Positions 1 through 9,537 of a DNA stretch of 64,000 bases are shown here, in pieces. Source of the DNA: Myxococcota bacterium. GTDB lineage: Bacteria > Myxococcota_A > UBA9160 > UBA6930. The stretch spans positions 2,208,001 through 2,272,000 of the forward strand of contig OZ245002.1 in the NCBI GenBank assembly GCA_965223415.1, in the 5' to 3' direction. Position 1 is the first letter of the stretch. Each line of letters starts with the position of its first letter. The notes beneath the pieces were generated by a model. The model was not told where the DNA came from and did not search any database. It saw nothing but the letters and a program-made list of their open reading frames with translations. Made by a program: the position numbers and the translations under genes.

Positions 1-266
1 TCGAGGGTCATCAGCTCCTTGGCGAAGGGTACCGGGTGCCGGAAGTTCGGCGACGCCACCAGCGTTCCGAGGCGGATCTGCGACGTCACACCCGCCGCCG
101 CCGCCAGCGTTGGCACGGCGCCGAACCAGGCATGATCGCGCAGGCTCCGCCAGGTGAGGTGGTCGTAGGTCCAGGCGTGGTGGAAGCCCAGCCGCTCGGC
201 GCTCTCCCAACGCTCGCGGGCCTCCGCCCAGCGCGCGTCGGGCAGGATGACGACGCCGATCCTCAT
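1..266 (-). CDS. LLM-class (luciferase-like) flavin/F420-dependent oxidoreductase, N-terminal part (runs off window edge)
   Basis: Manual translation from ATG at 266: MRIGVVILPD...AERLGFHHAWTYDHL...TSQIRLGTLVASPNFRHPVPFAKELMTL, a typical LLM N-terminus. Not in the ORF track. Confidence 0.85.
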   Translation of the reverse strand, partial: MRIGVVILPDARWAEARERWESAERLGFHHAWTYDHLTWRSLRDHAWFGAVPTLAAAAGVTSQIRLGTLVASPNFRHPVPFAKELMTL

Positions 267-284
267 GGCGCCTACCCTAGCCGA

Positions 285-1118
285 GTGGAGCAAGAGGAGC
301 GCGGCCGACGCGCAGTCACCTTCGATCGCGTCGCCGCCCTCTACGACGCGGTTCGGCCCGGCTACCCCGACGCGCTCGTGGAGCACGTTCTTGCGTTCGC
401 GGGCCTGGGCGCGCCGGGCCGCATCCTGGAGGTGGGATGCGGGCCGGCCAAGGCGACGCTGCCCTTCGCGCGGCGCGGTCATCGCATGCTGTGCCTCGAG
501 CCCGGCGCGGCCCTGGCGGCGATCGCGCGAGAGCACTTGGCGCCCTACCCCGATGCCGAGGTGCACGAGGCGCGCTTCGAGGACTTCCCGCTTTCCGACG
601 CGCCCTTCGATCTCGTGATGTCGGCCCAGGCCTGGCACTGGGTGGACCCGGAGGTCGGCGACGCGAAGGCCGCTCGCGCGCTGCGGCCGGGCGGTGCGGT
701 CGCGCTCTTCTGGAACCGGCCCATCGAGATCGAGAGCCCCCTGCGCTCCGCCCTCGACGACGTGTACCGCGCCCACGCGCCGCACCTGATGCGGACGATC
801 GCACCGGGCGGCGGCCAGGCGACGACCGGCGAGCCCCTGGACGAGCGCATCGCCCGGGCCGGCGCCTTCGCTCCCGCCGAGATCCACCGCTTCCCGTGGC
901 AGGAGGTCTACGAGACGCGCCGCTACCTGGAGCTGATGGAGACCCAGTCCAACCACCAGCTCCTGCCCGAGGCCCCGCGCGAGCGCCTGCTGGAAGGGCT
1001 GGGCCGGGCGATCGACGCGGCCGGGGGCCGGATCGCCGTCGACTACGACGCGGTGCTGATCCTCGCCCGGCGCCTGCCGCAACCAGACGCAGCTTCCGCG
1101 CCCGCGGGAGGCGCTTGA
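285..1118 (+). CDS. Class I SAM-dependent methyltransferase
   Basis: [16 protein letters not shown], motif [31 protein letters not shown] start at 285 chosen to avoid the divergent LLM gene. Confidence 0.88.
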   Translation: MEQEERGRRAVTFDRVAALYDAVRPGYPDALVEHVLAFAGLGAPGRILEVGCGPAKATLPFARRGHRMLCLEPGAALAAIAREHLAPYPDAEVHEARFEDFPLSDAPFDLVMSAQAWHWVDPEVGDAKAARALRPGGAVALFWNRPIEIESPLRSALDDVYRAHAPHLMRTIAPGGGQATTGEPLDERIARAGAFAPAEIHRFPWQEVYETRRYLELMETQSNHQLLPEAPRERLLEGLGRAIDAAGGRIAVDYDAVLILARRLPQPDAASAPAGGA

Positions 1119-1314
1119 TCGCGGCTTCCCGCCGGGATGCCTCGGACCGGTCCGCACAGGGCTCCCGGTAGACCATCTCCACCGGCGGGCGCGCCCGGGT
1201 GTAGCGGGAGGCGCGCCCGCTCCGGTGGGCCTCCAGCCGGCGCGTGAGATCGTTGGTGATTCCGGTATACAACGAGCCGTCGCCGCAGCGCAGGATATAG
1301 ACCCACCAGTCCAC
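316..1314 (-). CDS. GIY-YIG nuclease family protein (UPF0213-like); conserved domain about 1080-1314, no early stop codon
   Basis: [43 protein letters not shown]...[10 protein letters not shown]. The frame stays open antisense through the methyltransferase to 316. Confidence 0.7.
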   Translation of the reverse strand: MDWWVYILRCGDGSLYTGITNDLTRRLEAHRSGRASRYTRARPPVEMVYREPCADRSEASRREAAIKRLPRARKLRLVAAGAGRGSAPRRSRRRSGPRPRRSPGPALPAGARAGPRAGAGGWTGSPSAPGSGASRRPPATGSGGSRRERRRRPGRCARPGARRSSPGRRPVRSSASGAARGRGTRRRGRSAGGSRSRWAGSRRARPHRPAAARERPSRRRPPGPPSARPGPTSRDRRARRKAGSPRSAPRAPRHRGRAPSALARSPPGPRRARGTACDDRAARRAASPWPARIPPPGCGPARPGPRTQERAPRARRGSRAEPRRRGRRRDRR

Positions 1315-1325
1315 GCGCGCGCAGC

Positions 1326-1943
1326 ATGACACAGCCCCCACGGCCTCGGGAGGGTTCACCCGTCGATACGCTCCGTCGCATCTGCGTGTTCTGCGGATCG
1401 AGCCGCGGCGCCGATCCGGCCTACGCCGAGGCCGCCCGCGTGCTCGGCGAGCTGCTCGTCGCCCGGGATCTCGGCCTCGTCTACGGAGGCGGCTGCGTCG
1501 GTCTGATGGGCATCGTCGCCGATACGGTGCTGGCCGCCGGCGGCGAGGTGATCGGCGTCATCCCCCGCGTCCTGGCCCGGAAGGAAGTCGCCCACGAGGG
1601 CCTGAGCGAGCTGCACGTGGTGGAGACCATGTTCGAGCGCAAGCAGGTGATGATGGACCGGGCCGACGCCTTCGTGAGCCTGCCCGGCGGCGTCGGCACC
1701 CTCGACGAGCTCTTCGAGGTGTGGACGTGGGTGCAGCTCGGACAGCTATCGAAGCCCTCCGGGCTCCTCGACGTGGACGGCTTCTACGACGGCCTGTGGA
1801 GCTTCCTCGACGGCCTGGTCGAGGCCCGCTTCCTGCGCACCGAGCACCGCGCGCTCATGCTGCGCGACGACGACCCGGCGCGGCTCCTCGACCGGCTCGC
1901 GGCCTGGAGCCCGCCCGGCGCCGAGAAGTGGATCGACCGGTGA
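1326..1943 (+). CDS. LOG family protein (TIGR00730 Rossmann fold)
   Basis: [36 protein letters not shown]. Start uncertain. Confidence 0.92.
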   Translation: MTQPPRPREGSPVDTLRRICVFCGSSRGADPAYAEAARVLGELLVARDLGLVYGGGCVGLMGIVADTVLAAGGEVIGVIPRVLARKEVAHEGLSELHVVETMFERKQVMMDRADAFVSLPGGVGTLDELFEVWTWVQLGQLSKPSGLLDVDGFYDGLWSFLDGLVEARFLRTEHRALMLRDDDPARLLDRLAAWSPPGAEKWIDR

Positions 1944-2659
1944 GGGAGCGGCCGCCCCGGACACTGCTCCTCGATCTCGACGACACGATCCTGCGCTACG
2001 GCCCCCTCGCCGACGGCGTCTGGGAGGCGGTCACCGCCCGCTTCGCGCCGGAGCTCGGCTTCGAGGCGGCCGTCCTGCTCACGGCCATCCGCGAGGCGGG
2101 CCGTCGCTACTGGTCCGAGCCCGAGCGCAGCCGCCAGGGGCGCCACGACATGCGCGGCGCCCGCCGCAGGATCTGCCTCGACGCGCTGCGCGCCCTCGGC
2201 GCGCCCCGACCGGAGCGGGCGGCCGCCCTGGCCGACGCCTTCCACGACGAGCGCGAAGCGGGCGTCGACCCCATCCCCGGCGCTCTCGACGCCCTCGAGC
2301 ACTTCCGCTCCAGCGGGCTCCCCCTGGCCCTGGTGACCAACGGCGGCCCCGAGCTCCAGCGGCGCAAGATCGAGCGCTTCCGCCTCGCCGGCTTCTTCGA
2401 GACGATCCTGGTGGAGGGAGAGCTGGGCTTCGGCAAGCCGGACGCCCGGGTCTTCCGGATGGCCCTGGCGGCGGTCGGGGCGGAGCCCGGCCAGGCCTGG
2501 ATGGTCGGGGACAACCTGCAGGCGGACATCCACGGCGCCCAGGGGGCGGGGCTCCATGCCTGCTGGGTGGACGCCCCGGGCCGGGGCCTCCCCGCCGGCA
2601 GCGAGGTGCGGCCCACGGCGACGATCCGGGCCCTTGCGGAGCTGATCGAGCAGATCTAG
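1940..2659 (+). CDS. HAD-superfamily hydrolase
   Basis: [32 protein letters not shown] overlap with the LOG stop. Confidence 0.9.
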   Translation: MRERPPRTLLLDLDDTILRYGPLADGVWEAVTARFAPELGFEAAVLLTAIREAGRRYWSEPERSRQGRHDMRGARRRICLDALRALGAPRPERAAALADAFHDEREAGVDPIPGALDALEHFRSSGLPLALVTNGGPELQRRKIERFRLAGFFETILVEGELGFGKPDARVFRMALAAVGAEPGQAWMVGDNLQADIHGAQGAGLHACWVDAPGRGLPAGSEVRPTATIRALAELIEQI

Positions 2660-2665
2660 CTTCCC

Positions 2666-2692
2666 AATCAGAATACGATTCGGATTCTGATT
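2666..2692. promoter_or_regulatory. AT-rich palindrome, candidate TetR operator
   Basis: AATCAGAAT-A-CGA-T-TCG-G-ATTCTGATT, a near-perfect 27-bp inverted repeat ending 47 bp before the TetR start. Confidence 0.6.
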
Positions 2693-2739
2693 CTTGTTTC
2701 TGTTCCATCGCGCCTCGCGCACGTCCGAAGGAAGCTCCC

Positions 2740-3399
2740 ATGGCCCGATCCGTCCCCGCGCCGCTCGAGAGCGTGAGCCGCCCCAAGCAGGCGCGCAGCG
2801 AGCGCACCCTGCAGCGAATCCTCGCGGCGGCGGAGGAGCTGATCGAGGAGAAGGGCCTGGCGGACGCGTCGATCCCTGAGATCGTGCGCCGCGCCCGCTC
2901 GTCCGTCGGCGGCTTCTACGCCCGCTTCAAGGACAAGAACGAGCTGCTGCGGGCCCTCGAGGAGCGCTTCTTCCGGGAGATGTCGGTCCTGGTCGACGAG
3001 CTCGCGGACGTCGGGCGTTGGCGACAGGCATCGCTGCCCGCGATCGTGCAGGGACTGGGCGCGGAGCTGGTGCGGATCGCCCGGGAGCGCCGCAACCTGA
3101 TCGCCGCCTTCCTGCACCGGGCCACCAGCGACGAGACCACGCGGGCGGAGGCCCTGCGCTTCCGGGCGAGCGTCTCCGAGCGCATCGGCCGGCTCGTGCT
3201 CGCGCGGCCCGAGCGCCTGGGCCACCCCGATCCGGAGATCGCCGTCGATCTCGGCGTCCAGTTCGCCTTCGCCCTGATGCTCCAGATGGTGCTCGTGGGC
3301 GAGGTGAGGGCCGCTGGCCGCGTGCTCTCCGATCCGGAGCTGGCCGGCGAGATCGCCCGCAACTTCCTTTGTTATGTCGCGCCTCAGGAGTCCTCGTGA
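2740..3399 (+). CDS. TetR/AcrR family transcriptional regulator
   Basis: PKQARSERTLQRILAAAEELIEEKG...SIPEIVRRARSSVGGFYARFKDKNELL helix-turn-helix. Confidence 0.93.
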   Translation: MARSVPAPLESVSRPKQARSERTLQRILAAAEELIEEKGLADASIPEIVRRARSSVGGFYARFKDKNELLRALEERFFREMSVLVDELADVGRWRQASLPAIVQGLGAELVRIARERRNLIAAFLHRATSDETTRAEALRFRASVSERIGRLVLARPERLGHPDPEIAVDLGVQFAFALMLQMVLVGEVRAAGRVLSDPELAGEIARNFLCYVAPQESS

Positions 3400-4532
3400 A
3401 GTACCAGCAGCACAACCCCCTTCCGATCCCCTCCACCGGCAAGCATCAGGAGGTGAAGGCCACCGTCTCCACCGTCTTCGACTGGGAGTACGCGCTCCGG
3501 CGGCAGGATCTGCTCGCCCTCTATGAGAAGGGCAAAGCGCTCAACTGGAACGCCAGCGAGCTCGATTGGAGCACCGACGTCAGCATCGAGCGGATGATGG
3601 CGGAGCGCGCGGCCTCCGGCGCCGGCGACGTGATGAACAACGTCATGAACCCGCCGAAGACCATGACCGACGAGGAGATGACCCTGCTCCAGCTCCACAT
3701 GAACGGCTTCCTGCTCTCCCAGTTCCTGCACGGCGAGCAGGGTGCGCTGCTGGCGACGGCGAAGATCGTCCAGACCGTGCCCTCGGAGGAGGCGAAGTTC
3801 TACGCCGCCAGCCAGGTGATGGACGAGGCGCGACACGTCGAGGTGTACCACCGCTACCTCACCGAGAAGCTCGGCCTCTCCTACGAAGTGCACCCGAGCC
3901 TCCAGCAGCTCCTCGACGACATCATCACCGATTCGCGCTGGGACGTGACCTTCCTGGGCATGCAGATCATGGTCGAGGGCCTCGCCCTCGCGGCCTTCGG
4001 GCTGATGCGGATGATGATGAGCGGCGAGCCGCTGATCCAGGACATCACCACCCGGGTCATGCAGGACGAATCCCGCCACGTGGCCTTCGGCGTCATGGCG
4101 TTGGAGAAGATCTACAGCGAGGAGATGAGCGCCGCCGAGCTGCGGGAGCGGGAGGACTTCGTGATCGAGGCCACCCACCTGCTGCGGGAGCGCCTGCTCA
4201 TGCACCAGGTGTTCGAGCGGCTCGGCTGGGACGTGCCCCTGTGGGTCGAATGGGCCAAGGAGATGCCCTTCATGCGGGGCTTCCGGCAGATGACCTTCTC
4301 GAAGATCGTGCCCAACTTGAAGCGGCTGGGGCTTCTCACCCCACGGGTGCGCGAGGCCTACGAGAAGCTTGACCTTCTGCGCTTCGAGCACATGAAGGAC
4401 TCGGTAGCGGAGCCGGAGCCGACGCCGCCGACGGAGCTGGTCCAGATCCTGATGCAATTCCTGGCCGAGGGGCCCCAGGGCCAGCCGGAGGCGCAGCAGG
4501 AGGGTCAGCGGGCGGTTCGCGCCACGGGCTGA
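3396..4532 (+). CDS. Ferritin-like diiron protein (AurF-like oxygenase family)
   Basis: SQFLHGEQGAL, DEARH, VEGLALAAF, DESRH (two ExxH motifs). GTGA overlap with TetR. Confidence 0.85.
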   Translation: MKYQQHNPLPIPSTGKHQEVKATVSTVFDWEYALRRQDLLALYEKGKALNWNASELDWSTDVSIERMMAERAASGAGDVMNNVMNPPKTMTDEEMTLLQLHMNGFLLSQFLHGEQGALLATAKIVQTVPSEEAKFYAASQVMDEARHVEVYHRYLTEKLGLSYEVHPSLQQLLDDIITDSRWDVTFLGMQIMVEGLALAAFGLMRMMMSGEPLIQDITTRVMQDESRHVAFGVMALEKIYSEEMSAAELREREDFVIEATHLLRERLLMHQVFERLGWDVPLWVEWAKEMPFMRGFRQMTFSKIVPNLKRLGLLTPRVREAYEKLDLLRFEHMKDSVAEPEPTPPTELVQILMQFLAEGPQGQPEAQQEGQRAVRATG

Positions 4533-4633
4533 GCGGACCCCGGAACATCGGGCTAGCCGCGGGCCGAGCCCCACTTGCGCGACCCGGCCCCAGGCCATCA
4601 CACTGGCGCCTTCATCAGGCTCAGGGACGGGGA

Positions 4634-5722
4634 ATGCCGAAGATCCGGATCGCGATCGTGGGCGTCGGGAATTGCGCCAGCTCGCTGGTGCAGGGAATCC
4701 ACTACTACGCGGGGAAGCAGCGCGAAGACGCGGTCGGCCTGATGCACTGGGAGATCGGGGGCTTCCGCCCCTCGGATCTCGAGGTGGTGGCGGCCTTCGA
4801 CGTCGACCGGCGCAAGGTCGGCCTCGACGTCAGCGAGGCGATCTTCGCCCCGCCGAACTGCACCCAGGCCTTCGCGCCCGAGGTGGCGAAGGTAGGCGTG
4901 CAGGTGCGGATGGGCCGGGTCCTGGACGGCGTGTCCGCCCACATGGCCGAGCAGCCGGAGGCGCGGACCTTCCAGGTGGCCGACGCTCTCGAGGCCGATC
5001 GGGCCGAGGTGGTGCGGGTGCTCCGCGAAGCGCGGGCCGAAGTGGTGGTGAACTATCTGCCCGTCGGTTCCGAGCTGGCGGCGCGCTTCTATGCGGAGTG
5101 CGCACTCGAGGCCGGTGCCGGGCTCGTGAACTGTATCCCGGTCTTCATCGCGAGCGACCCGGCCTGGGCCGAGCGCTTCGCCGAGCGCGGCCTCCCGATC
5201 GTCGGAGACGACATCAAGGCCCAGCTCGGTGCGACGATCACCCACCGCATGCTCACCGAGCTCTTCGCCCTCCGCGGCGTGAAGCTCGAGCGCACCTATC
5301 AGCTCAACACCGGCGGCAACACCGACTTCCTGAACATGCTGAACCGCAGCCGCCTTGCCTCCAAGAAGGAGTCGAAGACCGAGGCCGTTCAGTCCGTCGC
5401 CGCCGAGCGCCTCGACGACGAGAGCATCCACGTCGGCCCTAGCGACTACGTCGCCTGGCAGAACGACAACAAGATCTGCTTCCTGCGCATGGAAGGCAAG
5501 CTCTTCGGCGACGTCCCGATGAACCTGGAGTTGCGCCTCTCCGTCGAGGACTCGCCGAACAGCGCCGGCGTCGCCATCGACGCCATCCGTTGCTGCAAGC
5601 TCGCCAAGGACCGGGGGCAGGGCGGCATCCTCGAAGCCGCGAGCGCCGCGTTCATGAAGCATCCGCCGCGCCAGCTTCCCGACGAGGAGGCGCACCGGCG
5701 GCTCGAGGACTTCGTCCGCTAG
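4634..5722 (+). CDS. ino1: Inositol-3-phosphate synthase
   Basis: IVGVGNCASSLVQG, NYLPVGS, GDDIKAQLGATITHR, YQLNTGGNTDFLNM, SKKESKT, EDSPNSAG. Confidence 0.95.
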   Translation: MPKIRIAIVGVGNCASSLVQGIHYYAGKQREDAVGLMHWEIGGFRPSDLEVVAAFDVDRRKVGLDVSEAIFAPPNCTQAFAPEVAKVGVQVRMGRVLDGVSAHMAEQPEARTFQVADALEADRAEVVRVLREARAEVVVNYLPVGSELAARFYAECALEAGAGLVNCIPVFIASDPAWAERFAERGLPIVGDDIKAQLGATITHRMLTELFALRGVKLERTYQLNTGGNTDFLNMLNRSRLASKKESKTEAVQSVAAERLDDESIHVGPSDYVAWQNDNKICFLRMEGKLFGDVPMNLELRLSVEDSPNSAGVAIDAIRCCKLAKDRGQGGILEAASAAFMKHPPRQLPDEEAHRRLEDFVR

Positions 5723-5923
5723 GCGGCTACCGGCGAGTGCTAGGCTGGGATTCCATCGCTCGGAGGTCGTCGGCGATGCTGCGATGGATCCCGGTGCTCG
5801 CAATCCTCCTGGGCACCGCCGACCGCGTCGGGTCGTCACGCGCATGGTGGTCGACGACCACATCGCCGCCGACTCTTCCTACGTCGCCTTTCTCGCGCTC
5901 TCGAAGCCGGTGCTGACCGCGCC

Positions 5924-8900
5924 TCACCGCAGCTGGTCGAGCATCCAATGGGCGCGGGGGAAGAGGGCCTCGGCGCGGGTGTCCGGGGCCCGCGCCCGGA
6001 CGCGCTGGTCCGGGAGGACTTCGAGCTCGGGCTCCCCGTCGCCATCGCCGGTCATCCATTCGACGAGACGCGCCGGGTCGACCTGGCTGGTCTCGGCGGC
6101 CGTCAGGACGAGGGCGCCGCGCTCCAGCTCGATCTTCAGGACGCCGAGCTCGCGGGCGCGCACCTTGAGCTCGATCACCTGGATCAAGTGCCGGGCCTCT
6201 TCGGGAAGCGGGCCGAAGCGGTCGAGCAGCTCCTCGCGCAGGCGCCGCGCCTCCTCGAGGTCCGGCGCTGCGGCGAGCCGCTTGTACAGGACGAGACGCT
6301 GGCTCACGTCGGCGACGTAGTCTTCGGGCAGCCGCGCTGCGACCGGCAGGCGGATCTCCGGATCGATCGCCACCGGCCGGCCGCTGCCCCGGAGCTCGGC
6401 GATCGATTCCTCGAGGAGCTCCATGTAGGTCTCGTAGCCCACCGCGCCCAGGTTCCCGGACTGCTCGCCGCCCAGCAGGTTGCCCGCGCCGCGGATCTCC
6501 AGGTCCATGTTCGCCAGCCGGAAGCCGCTGCCGAGCTCGGCGAGGTCCTGGATCGCCTCGAGCCTCCGCGTGGCGTCCGGCGTGAGCGCTGCCTCGCCCG
6601 GGATCAGCAGGTAGGCGTAGGCGCGCTGCCGGCTGCGGCCGACCCGGCCCCGGAGCTGGTAGAGCTGGGCCAGGCCGAGGGCGTCGGCCCGGTCGACCAG
6701 GAGGGTGTTCGCACGGGGGATGTCGAGGCCGCTCTCGATGATCGTCGTACACAGGAGCACGTCGAACTCGCCGCGCATGAAGGCGAGCATGCGGTCCTCG
6801 AGCTCGCGCTCCGGCATCTGGCCGTGGGCCGTCAGCAGCTTCACTTCCGGGACGATGCGTTCCAGGAACTCCGCCAGGGCTCCGATCGTCCGCACCCGGT
6901 TGTGCACGAAGAACACCTGCCCGCCTCGCCGCACCTCGCGAAGGATCGCCTCGCGAATCAGGGACTCCTCGAAGCGGCACACCTGGGTGCGGATGGCGAG
7001 ACGGTCTGCCGGCGGCGTCTGGATCACCGAGAGGTCCCGCAGGCCGCTGAAGGCCATCTGCAGGGTGCGGGGAATCGGCGTAGCGGTGAGCGTCAGCACG
7101 TCCACCGTCTGCTTGAGCTGCTTGATGCGCTCCTTGTGGGCGACGCCGAAGCGGTGCTCCTCGTCCACCACCAGGAGCCCGAGGTCCCGGAACGACACGC
7201 TCTTCTGCAGAAGCCGGTGCGTTCCGATCACGATGTCGACGTGGCCGGTGGCGAGACCCTCGAGCACCGCCTTGGCTTCTCTGGCGCCGCGGAAGCGCGA
7301 GAGGCTCTCTACCCGGGCGCCGGTGCCCTTGAAGCGTTCTTCGAAGGTCTCGGCATGCTGCTGACACAGTACGGTGGTGGGGACGAGCACCGCGACCTGC
7401 TTGCCGGCCATCACCGCCTGGAAGGCGGCGCGACAGGCGACCTCGGTCTTTCCGTAGCCGACGTCGCCGCACACCAGGCGATCCATCGGGCGGTTGCGGG
7501 AGAGATCGGTGAGCACGTCCTCGATCGCCGCCGCCTGATCCGGCGTCTCCTCGTAGGGGAAGGCCGCCTCGAACTCCTCGAGGGCGCGATCGCGTCCGGG
7601 GAAGGCGACACCGGTGGCGAGCTCGCGAGCCGCGTGCACGTCGAGGAGCTCCTTCGCCATGTCGCGCATGGAGCGCTTGACGGCGCGCTTCGTCTTCTCC
7701 CAGGTGGTTCCGCCGAGTTTGTCGACCTTCGGCGCCGCGCTCTCGGCGCCGACGTAGCGCTGCACCAGGTTGAGCCGGTGCACGGGCACGAAGAGCCGGT
7801 CGCCGTCCTCGTACTCGATGCGCAGGAACTCGTCGGAGAAGCGCCCGAGCTCGAGCATGACCAGGCCGCGGTAGATGCCGATGCCGTGCTCTGCGTGGAC
7901 CAGGAAATCGCCCGCGGCAAGCTGGCCGAGCGCCTCCACGGCGGCGCCTTCCCGGAAGCTCCCGGCGCGGCGACGCTTCTCTCGCGGCCCGAAGACCTCT
8001 TCCTCGGTGGCCAGGGCGATCCCTTCGTCGCGCAGCACGAAGCCCTCGCCGGCGGCGCCGACCCGCACCTCCACGCGCCCGGGCGCCGACCACTCCCAGA
8101 GCGGCACCGGCTCGCGCACCAGCTCTGCCGCGACCCCGTACTCGCCCAGCAGGGTGTGCAGGCGGTCGGCGCCGGAGAGCGCCGCGGCCGAGAGCACCAC
8201 CCGCAGGCCTTCCCCGCACCAGCGCTCCAGCGCCTGCACCAGGGGCTCCAGCGCACCGCCCGTCGCCGCCTCGTTGCGCCGGGTGCGCAGCACCGCGGAA
8301 AGCTCTTCCTGGGATTCCGAGCGAACGGTCAGCGCGCCGTCTCCCGCCGCCACCTCCAGGCGCTCGAGCTCCACGGGCGCGCGTCGCGCCACCTCGGCCT
8401 GTACGGCGTCCGCGCCGAGGGCGAGCTCGTCCGGTGCGCACACGACCCGCTCGCCGTTCTGGGCGCCGTTCCAGTTGTCGAGGCGCTCGGCGTCGGTGCG
8501 GAGCAGGGCGTCGCGGCCGGCGGCGGGCTCGTCGATCACGACCAGGGTGTCGTCGGGAAGCGCGTCGAAGACGGTCTCGGTGGCCGGCTGCAGGAGCGGC
8601 GCCATCGCTTCCGCGCCGGGGGGCAGGCTGCCGCGCAGCAGGGTGTCGAGCAGCTCGTCGAGCTTGCGAGGCTCCACGCCCTGGCGCGCGCCGAGCTCGC
8701 GGATCGCGTCGCTGCGGCTCACGAAGAGCTCGCGGTCGCCGAGGATCTCCCGGGCCGGCGCGGCAACCACCCGCTGGAGCCGCTGCTGGGAGCGCTGGCT
8801 CGCGGGATCGAACTCGCGCAGGGATTCGACCTCGTCCCCGAGCAGCTCGATGCGCACCGGTCGGGTGCGCTGGGGCGGGAACAGGTCCACCAGGCCGCCG

Positions 8901-9439
8901 CGCACCGCCACCTCGCCGCGCTCCTCCACGACGGGCTGGCGCGTGTAGCCCGCAGCGACGAGGGTTGCGACCAGCTCGTCCCGATCGATCCAGGTGCCCA
9001 CGTCCAGCCGCACCGAGCGCGCGCGCACGACCTCTCGCGCCGGCACCCGACCCGCCAGCGCCGACCAGGGCGCGACGATCACCGGCGCTGGCTCGTCGGC
9101 GGGCGGATCGGCGAGGCGGAAGAGCACATCCAGCCGCTGGGCCACCACGAAGGGCTGGGGCGAAAAGCGGTCGTAGGGCGGCGTGTCCGGATGCGGGAAG
9201 CTGCGCACCCGCCCGCCTTCTTCGGCCGGCGGCTCGCCGAGGGCTGCCGCCAGGTCCTGGGCGGCGCGATCGGTCTCCTTGGCGCCCGCGGTGAGCACGA
9301 GCACGGTGCGATCGCCGGCCGCCTGCACCAACCGGGCGAGGACCGCCACCCGGGCGCCGCCCCGCAGGCCCATCAGCCGGCGCGGGCCCAAGCCGCCCGC
9401 CAGCCGCACGGCCAGCTGCTCGAGATCCCCTCTCGCCAC
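5924..9439 (-). CDS. mfd: Transcription-repair coupling factor
   Basis: VRGGLVDLFP, VHAEHGIGIY, ETPDQ, CGDVGYGKTEVA, DEEHRFGV, TATPIPRTL, QLRGRVGRS, DLEIRGAGNLLG. Start approximate (GTG). Confidence 0.96.
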   Translation of the reverse strand: MARGDLEQLAVRLAGGLGPRRLMGLRGGARVAVLARLVQAAGDRTVLVLTAGAKETDRAAQDLAAALGEPPAEEGGRVRSFPHPDTPPYDRFSPQPFVVAQRLDVLFRLADPPADEPAPVIVAPWSALAGRVPAREVVRARSVRLDVGTWIDRDELVATLVAAGYTRQPVVEERGEVAVRGGLVDLFPPQRTRPVRIELLGDEVESLREFDPASQRSQQRLQRVVAAPAREILGDRELFVSRSDAIRELGARQGVEPRKLDELLDTLLRGSLPPGAEAMAPLLQPATETVFDALPDDTLVVIDEPAAGRDALLRTDAERLDNWNGAQNGERVVCAPDELALGADAVQAEVARRAPVELERLEVAAGDGALTVRSESQEELSAVLRTRRNEAATGGALEPLVQALERWCGEGLRVVLSAAALSGADRLHTLLGEYGVAAELVREPVPLWEWSAPGRVEVRVGAAGEGFVLRDEGIALATEEEVFGPREKRRRAGSFREGAAVEALGQLAAGDFLVHAEHGIGIYRGLVMLELGRFSDEFLRIEYEDGDRLFVPVHRLNLVQRYVGAESAAPKVDKLGGTTWEKTKRAVKRSMRDMAKELLDVHAARELATGVAFPGRDRALEEFEAAFPYEETPDQAAAIEDVLTDLSRNRPMDRLVCGDVGYGKTEVACRAAFQAVMAGKQVAVLVPTTVLCQQHAETFEERFKGTGARVESLSRFRGAREAKAVLEGLATGHVDIVIGTHRLLQKSVSFRDLGLLVVDEEHRFGVAHKERIKQLKQTVDVLTLTATPIPRTLQMAFSGLRDLSVIQTPPADRLAIRTQVCRFEESLIREAILREVRRGGQVFFVHNRVRTIGALAEFLERIVPEVKLLTAHGQMPERELEDRMLAFMRGEFDVLLCTTIIESGLDIPRANTLLVDRADALGLAQLYQLRGRVGRSRQRAYAYLLIPGEAALTPDATRRLEAIQDLAELGSGFRLANMDLEIRGAGNLLGGEQSGNLGAVGYETYMELLEESIAELRGSGRPVAIDPEIRLPVAARLPEDYVADVSQRLVLYKRLAAAPDLEEARRLREELLDRFGPLPEEARHLIQVIELKVRARELGVLKIELERGALVLTAAETSQVDPARLVEWMTGDGDGEPELEVLPDQRVRARAPDTRAEALFPRAHWMLDQLR

Positions 9440-9537
9440 GCTCGCGTCGTCCTCCCGGTGATCGGCCGCCGAATGCACGACGCCCGCTCCCCGCGCGAGG
9501 CGGGGGCGGGTAGCCCTGCGACGTTGGCGCGGGGAGC

